From NCBI GenBank assembly GCA_000004985.1, contig GG739188.1: a stretch of DNA of 4,387 nucleotides; one strand, written 5' to 3'. Positions within the stretch are counted from its first letter, which is position 1. Each line of letters starts with the position of its first letter. Position numbers and translations under genes: made by a program. Shown here in pieces: positions 1 through 4,387 of the stretch. Below the pieces are notes generated by a model that was given only the letters and a program-made list of their open reading frames with translations, ran no database searches and was not told where the DNA came from. The DNA comes from Naegleria gruberi (lineage: Eukaryota).

Positions 1-2
1 CA

Positions 3-809
3 AAAGGTCAACTTAATTTTATGCGATTTGATGGAAGTACTCCATTTGATCAAAGACAATCCTGTATCGATAAGATTAACGATAATACTAACAATATTAC
101 AGTTCTACTTATTTCAACACTTGCCGGTTGTGAAGGTATTAATTTAATGGGAGCAAATAGAGTTGCACTCATTGATGTAAATTGGAACCCTTCTCATGAT
201 AGTGAGGCTGTTTGTAGAGTGTTTAGAATAGGTCAATTAAAACCAGTATATATCTACAGATTCATTTGTGAGAATACTATGGAAGATCTAGTACTAAAAA
301 GACAATTACAAAAAGAAAACCTTTCTAACTGGATTGTGGATAATGGTAGTTCATCAATAGACGCGTATGATACCAAAAATTTATTGATTTTACCAACAGA
401 GGATATTTCAAAGGAAGAACCAGAAATAGATTCTCTAATCACTGATCCTCTCATTTTGGATATTATTAAAGAAAATACCAAGTGGATCAAACGAGCAGAT
501 TTTAGAGATCAATTATTACGAGATGATCCTCTCAATATTCTTACTGAGGAAGAAAAACAGTTGGCTCATAGCGAAAATGAATTTGAATCTGTTTATGGAG
601 CTAAAAGAAATTATGATAGGAAAAAAGCAGATTCAACTCAAGAACAGAAAGCCAAAGCAACTACTGTCCCAACGATACCTAAGAGGCCAGAAGAGCCAAT
701 TAATACCAATTATCTCAAAGATCAGGAATCGCTTTGGTTGAGAAGACAACAAATAATAGTGGACAAGGAAACTGTAGAAGCCTCAAAGCTTTTACAAATT
801 TTACAAACA
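3..809 (+). CDS. SNF2-family DNA-dependent ATPase, ATRX/ARIP4 (RAD54L2)-like; partial: 5' end outside window, 3' end lost in N-run
   Basis: Frame 3 is open from base 3 to the N-run. The translation '...RFDGSTPFDQRQSCIDKINDNTNNITVLLISTLAGCEGINLMGANRVALIDVNWNPSHDSEAVCRVFRIGQLKPVYIYRFICENTMEDLVLKRQLQKENLSNWIVDNGS' matches the conserved helicase C-terminal block of ARIP4/ATRX as I remember it (ARIP4: RLDGSTP...[52 protein letters not shown]...KQGMSDRVVDD). After roughly base 360 the ORF becomes a low-complexity acidic/lysine-rich tail with no recognisable homology. An intron in that tail cannot be excluded. The ATG at 21 is internal and is not the real start. Confidence 0.8.
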
Positions 810-2331
810 NNNNNNNNNNNNNNNNNNNNNNNNNNNNNNNNNNNNNNNNNNNNNNNNNNNNNNNNNNNNNNNNNNNNNNNNNNNNNNNNNNNNNNNNNNN
901 NNNNNNNNNNNNNNNNNNNNNNNNNNNNNNNNNNNNNNNNNNNNNNNNNNNNNNNNNNNNNNNNNNNNNNNNNNNNNNNNNNNNNNNNNNNNNNNNNNNN
1001 NNNNNNNNNNNNNNNNNNNNNNNNNNNNNNNNNNNNNNNNNNNNNNNNNNNNNNNNNNNNNNNNNNNNNNNNNNNNNNNNNNNNNNNNNNNNNNNNNNNN
1101 NNNNNNNNNNNNNNNNNNNNNNNNNNNNNNNNNNNNNNNNNNNNNNNNNNNNNNNNNNNNNNNNNNNNNNNNNNNNNNNNNNNNNNNNNNNNNNNNNNNN
1201 NNNNNNNNNNNNNNNNNNNNNNNNNNNNNNNNNNNNNNNNNNNNNNNNNNNNNNNNNNNNNNNNNNNNNNNNNNNNNNNNNNNNNNNNNNNNNNNNNNNN
1301 NNNNNNNNNNNNNNNNNNNNNNNNNNNNNNNNNNNNNNNNNNNNNNNNNNNNNNNNNNNNNNNNNNNNNNNNNNNNNNNNNNNNNNNNNNNNNNNNNNNN
1401 NNNNNNNNNNNNNNNNNNNNNNNNNNNNNNNNNNNNNNNNNNNNNNNNNNNNNNNNNNNNNNNNNNNNNNNNNNNNNNNNNNNNNNNNNNNNNNNNNNNN
1501 NNNNNNNNNNNNNNNNNNNNNNNNNNNNNNNNNNNNNNNNNNNNNNNNNNNNNNNNNNNNNNNNNNNNNNNNNNNNNNNNNNNNNNNNNNNNNNNNNNNN
1601 NNNNNNNNNNNNNNNNNNNNNNNNNNNNNNNNNNNNNNNNNNNNNNNNNNNNNNNNNNNNNNNNNNNNNNNNNNNNNNNNNNNNNNNNNNNNNNNNNNNN
1701 NNNNNNNNNNNNNNNNNNNNNNNNNNNNNNNNNNNNNNNNNNNNNNNNNNNNNNNNNNNNNNNNNNNNNNNNNNNNNNNNNNNNNNNNNNNNNNNNNNNN
1801 NNNNNNNNNNNNNNNNNNNNNNNNNNNNNNNNNNNNNNNNNNNNNNNNNNNNNNNNNNNNNNNNNNNNNNNNNNNNNNNNNNNNNNNNNNNNNNNNNNNN
1901 NNNNNNNNNNNNNNNNNNNNNNNNNNNNNNNNNNNNNNNNNNNNNNNNNNNNNNNNNNNNNNNNNNNNNNNNNNNNNNNNNNNNNNNNNNNNNNNNNNNN
2001 NNNNNNNNNNNNNNNNNNNNNNNNNNNNNNNNNNNNNNNNNNNNNNNNNNNNNNNNNNNNNNNNNNNNNNNNNNNNNNNNNNNNNNNNNNNNNNNNNNNN
2101 NNNNNNNNNNNNNNNNNNNNNNNNNNNNNNNNNNNNNNNNNNNNNNNNNNNNNNNNNNNNNNNNNNNNNNNNNNNNNNNNNNNNNNNNNNNNNNNNNNNN
2201 NNNNNNNNNNNNNNNNNNNNNNNNNNNNNNNNNNNNNNNNNNNNNNNNNNNNNNNNNNNNNNNNNNNNNNNNNNNNNNNNNNNNNNNNNNNNNNNNNNNN
2301 NNNNNNNNNNNNNNNNNNNNNNNNNNNNNNN
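810..2331. other. Run of 1522 N (assembly/scaffold gap or hard-masked sequence)
   Basis: Continuous 'n' from 810 to 2331, counted directly from the sequence lines. The non-round length suggests a size estimated from scaffolding, or a masked block, rather than a fixed-length placeholder. Confidence 0.99.
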
Positions 2332-2603
2332 GGCAATAAGTGCCAACACTGTTGCGATAAAACAACCAAACCGCACGGAAGAATGTTGTTGCATTTTTTT
2401 CTTGTAATTCTTCCACAGGTGGGAGATGAGGAGTTTCACTTTCCGGTGTGCTACTTGACAATTTGTGAATAGGATTATCATTGTGTAAATAATTTGTAAT
2501 GAAATCAAAAGTGATGGAAATTGATGAATATTATTCAAGAGCACCTATATTGTTTATTAATCCTAGAAATTAATCTAATTAAGACTAATTGCTGTATTAT
2601 TCA

Positions 2604-2609
2604 ATAAAT
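2604..2609 (+). promoter_or_regulatory. AATAAA hexamer, a possible poly(A) signal for the upstream gene
   Basis: Motif 'aataaa' lies in AT-rich sequence downstream of the gap. AT-rich DNA produces many such hexamers by chance, and the true 3' end of the SNF2 gene is unknown because of the gap. Confidence 0.12.
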
Positions 2610-2627
2610 TGATGAAAAGATATTGAC

Positions 2628-2647
2628 CATTAGACTTCCGGAAAAAG
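2628..2647 (+). repeat. Left terminal inverted repeat (CATTAGACTTCCGGAAAAAG)
   Basis: Reverse-complement match to 3428-3446. It contains the 8-bp palindrome TTCCGGAA. Confidence 0.85.
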
Positions 2648-2654
2648 TTTTGCT

Positions 2655-2668
2655 AAAAGTCGACTTTT
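2655..2668. repeat. 14-bp perfect palindrome AAAAGTCGACTTTT (hairpin-capable)
   Basis: Read directly from the sequence. An A-tract, a GTCGAC core and a T-tract, located 8 bp inside the left TIR. Confidence 0.8.
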
Positions 2669-2693
2669 TTAAGGTACTTTCACGCTAATTTGC

Positions 2694-2742
2694 AAAAAGG
2701 CGCCTAAAAGGTGCCTAAAAGGTGCCTTTTTTACCTAAAAAC
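2694..2742 (+). repeat. Short tandem repeat of an ~11-bp unit (GCCTAAAAGGT-like), about 4 degenerate copies
   Basis: aaaaaggCGCC / taaaaggTGCC / taaaaggTGCC / ttttttaCC / taaaaac read from the sequence. The first unit carries the AAAAAGGCGCC motif that is also found near the right end. Confidence 0.7.
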
Positions 2743-2948
2743 TACTTGAAACACATCCAAAGTTTGTTCAAGAAAATCTTGAGCAACTTTCAAACTGTTT
2801 TCAAACAATTCCTCAAGAATGATTAATTACTTCTCAACCAGATTCTCAAAACGTTCAAGTATTTGCTGAAAAAACCCCAAGGGCCCTCAAACTTCTGAAC
2901 TCACTCTCTTTCTTAACTATATCCTTTTCCAAAAAATCCACCAATTCC

Positions 2949-3242
2949 TTAAGAGATCCAAGGTTTTTGAATGTCACCATCTCGGGTCACTGTAGTTTTG
3001 ATGGATTTTTTTACATCAATCACGAAATCTTTCGAAAGCTCTGGTCTTTTGGGCTCCTCAACTTTTCTTGGCATGATGATTGTTTTCTTTTTGATAAGGT
3101 TCAGGTTTTTTCTCTTTCTGGGTGGAGTGATGTTCAAATCAGATCTCTTCCTCTTCTGGATTTTTTCTTGTTTCACACTTTTTTCTTGTTCCTGTTTCAT
3201 GCTTAATTCAGAATATGGTGTTTCATTAAGATTTTCTTCCAC
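2949..3242 (-). CDS. Hypothetical lysine/glutamate-rich ORF inside the TIR element; probably not a real gene
   Basis: 97-codon ORF from the track. Its first 'M' is the antisense of 'cac', i.e. GTG, not ATG. The first real ATG is antisense to 3198-3200. The purine-rich antisense of a pyrimidine-rich tract avoids stops by composition. It contains KRKR...PPRKRK NLS-like stretches. No homology recognised. Confidence 0.1.
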   Translation of the reverse strand: MEENLNETPYSELSMKQEQEKSVKQEKIQKRKRSDLNITPPRKRKNLNLIKKKTIIMPRKVEEPKRPELSKDFVIDVKKSIKTTVTRDGDIQKPWIS

Positions 3243-3399
3243 TTCCTCAACATCTTCCGTTCAGCAAATGCAGTAAAGAAAAGGTTGACATCAGGAAAAA
3301 GAAAGCTTCAATAAATATGCAGGAAAGGTTTAAACATTTCTTGAATTATGCTCAAACAAATTTCAAAAATTGCTCAAACATTTTTCAAACCACTTTTTT

Positions 3400-3415
3400 A
3401 AAAAGGCGCCTTTTT
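3400..3415. repeat. 16-bp perfect palindrome AAAAAGGCGCCTTTTT (hairpin-capable), subterminal at the right end
   Basis: Read directly. It shares the AAAAAGGCGCC motif found at 2694-2704 near the left end. Confidence 0.8.
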
Positions 3416-3427
3416 ATTTCTTTTTGA

Positions 3428-3446
3428 CTTTTCCGGAAGTCTAATG
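3428..3446 (-). repeat. Right terminal inverted repeat (CTTTTCCGGAAGTCTAATG)
   Basis: Reverse-complement match to 2628-2647, 19 of 20 positions with a one-base homopolymer length difference. Confidence 0.85.
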
Positions 3447-3495
3447 TTTCTTTTATGTTTCTTTTCTAATTTCTCTTACTAAAAAGAACTCCTGA

Positions 3496-3510
3496 TTTTT
3501 ATATATTAAA
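3496..3510 (+). promoter_or_regulatory. TATA-like element (TTTTTATATATTAAA) about 25-35 bp upstream of the aminopeptidase ATG
   Basis: Sequence motif only. Its position would imply a very short 5' UTR. The ATG context aaaaaATGg is A-rich, typical of AT-rich eukaryotes and nematodes. Confidence 0.3.
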
Positions 3511-3530
3511 TTTTCAATTATTAATAAAAA

Positions 3531-3893
3531 ATGGCTCCATCACTCGAAGAACTTTCAAATGCTCAACCGATCACTCAAAAGATGGTTGATTTTATCAATG
3601 AATCCAAATCACCTTATCATGCCGTCGGATCAATTAAAAAAAGATTGTTAGATAGTGGATATGAACAACTCTTTGAAAGAGAAGCAAATTGGGAGCAAAA
3701 AATTAAGCCTTGTGGAAAGTATTTCTTCACCAGAAATCACTCAACAATTGTTGCATTTGCTGTTGGTGGAAAATTTGCTGCTGGAACATCAGGATTGAAA
3801 ATTATTGGAGCCCACACTGACAGTCCTCATCTTGTCATTAAACCAATTTCATCACAAAAGAGTTCTGGTTATCTTCAAGTTGGTGTACAAACT
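3531..3893 (+). CDS. DNPEP: Aspartyl aminopeptidase (peptidase family M18), exon 1 with start codon
   Basis: Translation MAPSLEELSNAQPITQKMVDFINESKSPYHAVGSIKKRLLDSGYEQLFEREANWEQKIKPCGKYFFTRNHSTIVAFAVGGKFAAGTSGLKIIGAHTDSPHLVIKPISSQKSSGYLQVGVQT aligns with human DNPEP as I remember it (...[24 protein letters not shown]...KYFMTRNSSTIIAFAVGG...SLIGAHTDSPCLRVK...QVGVETYGGGIW). The exon ends in phase 0 and is followed immediately by GTAAGT. Confidence 0.9.
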
Positions 3894-3942
3894 GTAAGTG
3901 ATGATTTTATATTTCGGAAATGGAAGAAATATTATTAAATAG
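3894..3942 (+). other. Intron 1 (49 bp), GTAAGTG…AAATAG
   Basis: The exon 1 reading frame ends in a stop (TAA at 3936-3938, also TAG at 3940-3942) if read through. Homology to DNPEP resumes exactly at 3943 ([14 protein letters not shown] vs human YGGGIWSTWFDRDL). Canonical GT…AG ends. Confidence 0.85.
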
Positions 3943-4140
3943 TATGGTGGAGGTTTGTGGTATACTTGGTTCGATAGAGATTTGACAGTTGCTGGTAGAG
4001 TTATTCTTTCTGATGGACAAGGAAAATTCAAGCAACATCTTGTCGAAGTTAAGAGACCAATTCTTCGTATTCCTTCTTTAGCTATTCACTTACAAAGAGA
4101 AGTTTCAACTGATGGTTTCAAACCTAATACTGAACTCCAT
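3943..4140 (+). CDS. DNPEP: Aspartyl aminopeptidase (M18), exon 2
   Basis: [66 protein letters not shown] vs human [23 protein letters not shown]...[35 protein letters not shown]. 66 codons, phase 0 at both ends. Confidence 0.9.
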
Positions 4141-4177
4141 GTAAGTAGTTTGACATTTTGTAAACTAAATTCAATAG
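4141..4177 (+). other. Intron 2 (37 bp), GTAAGTAG…CAATAG
   Basis: Read-through hits TGA at 4198-4200. Splicing 4140 to 4178 restores the alignment (TELH|LLPIIGTEL vs human TEMH|LVPILATAI). Length 37 bp, not a multiple of 3. Confidence 0.8.
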
Positions 4178-4387
4178 TTACTTCCAATTATTGGTACTGA
4201 ATTGGGAGAATTGAGTGATGATCCAAATACTAAGGGATTTATTGCTAACCATCACTCTGTTTTATTGAAAGCTATTGCTGAAGAATTGAAATGTAATGTT
4301 GCTGATATTCGTGATTTTGACATGTCAATTGCTGATGTTCAACCTGGTGTTATTGGAGGTGTAAATAATGAATTTGTTTTTGCTCCA
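4178..4387 (+). CDS. DNPEP: Aspartyl aminopeptidase (M18), exon 3 (partial, continues past the window end)
   Basis: [70 protein letters not shown] vs human LVPILATAIQEELEKG...[48 protein letters not shown]. 70 codons, ending at the window edge. Confidence 0.88.

Larger units (their letters stand above)
2628..3446. mobile_element. MITE-like non-autonomous element bounded by 19-20-bp terminal inverted repeats (~819 bp); no recognisable transposase
   Basis: The left end CATTAGACTTCCGGAAAAAG (2628-2647) is the reverse complement of the right end CTTTTCCGGAAGTCTAATG (3428-3446), with a 1-nt difference in a T/A homopolymer. Both subterminal regions carry AAAAAGGCGCC and clusters of YTCAAAC/TTGAGCA motifs. 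The interior is pyrimidine-rich low complexity. No target-site duplication is evident in the flanks, so the exact boundaries, and whether it ever moved, are uncertain. Confidence 0.55.

Noticed and set aside
254-741. Small ORFs 254..490 (-) and 523..741 (+) overlapping the SNF2 coding region
   Set aside because: They are wholly contained in alternative frames of a well-supported, homology-confirmed CDS (frame 3). They have no features of their own.
21-2544. Long ORFs spanning the N-run (21..2339 +, 715..2544 -, 722..2461 -, 734..2407 +, 801..2369 -), 520-770 aa each
   Set aside because: They are almost entirely poly-X because N translates as X. Only 21..809 carries real coding sequence (the SNF2 fragment). 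The minus-strand and frame-shifted plus-strand pieces outside the gap are short, hydrophobic or low-complexity, and start at GTG/TTG.
2515-2622. Direct repeat 'aattgatgaa' at ~2513-2522 and ~2608-2617
   Set aside because: Only ~10 bp in very AT-rich sequence, so chance occurrence is plausible. Positions do not bracket the TIR element (2628-3446), so it is not a target-site duplication.
2967-3276. Plus-strand ORFs 2967..3206 and 2971..3276 (F/L/S-rich)
   Set aside because: They are translations of a pyrimidine-rich low-complexity tract (poly-F/L peptides). They lie antisense to the equally compositional K-rich ORF. No start context and no homology.
2628-3446. Considered whether the inverted-repeat element could be a prokaryotic IS element or a CRISPR-like or integron-like structure
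   Set aside because: The flanking genes are intron-containing eukaryotic genes. There is no transposase ORF, and no array of regularly spaced direct repeats with unique spacers. The short tandem repeat at 2694-2742 has abutting units with no spacers.
3531-3938. ORF 3531..3938 as a complete 135-aa protein
   Set aside because: The last 15 codons (VSDDFIFRKWKKYY*) are intron 1 read-through. Homology to DNPEP stops at 3893 and resumes at 3943 in another frame.
3955-4200. ORF 3955..4200 called as an independent 81-aa protein
   Set aside because: Its 'start' is TTG. It is simply exon 2 of the aminopeptidase gene (true exon 3943-4140) read through intron 2 until the in-frame TGA at 4198-4200.

Overview
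This window looks like AT-rich eukaryotic nuclear DNA, probably from a small-intron invertebrate (nematode-like codon use and start context). It is not a prokaryotic locus. I found no new multi-gene system. The window holds four things. (1) Bases 3-809 are the 3' part of a SNF2-family ATPase gene of the ATRX/ARIP4 (RAD54L2) subfamily, covering helicase C-terminal motifs V-VI and an acidic/lysine-rich tail. It enters from the left edge and is cut off by (2) a run of 1522 N (810-2331), a scaffold gap or hard-masked block. Every long ORF in the track that crosses this run is a translation artefact. (3) An ~819-bp element with no obvious coding capacity (2628-3446) is bounded by 19-20-bp terminal inverted repeats (CATTAGACTTCCGGAAAAAG / CTTTTCCGGAAGTCTAATG). 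It carries subterminal YTCAAAC motif clusters, A-tract/GC-core/T-tract palindromes and an 11-bp tandem repeat, so it is probably a MITE-like DNA-transposon remnant. It ends 85 bp upstream of the next gene's ATG. (4) An M18-family aspartyl aminopeptidase gene (orthologous to DNPEP/Ape4) starts at ATG 3531 and is split by two very small GTAAGT…AG introns (49 bp and 37 bp). Its three exons align closely with human DNPEP and run off the right edge. Function and family calls are by remembered homology only, because no searches could be run.
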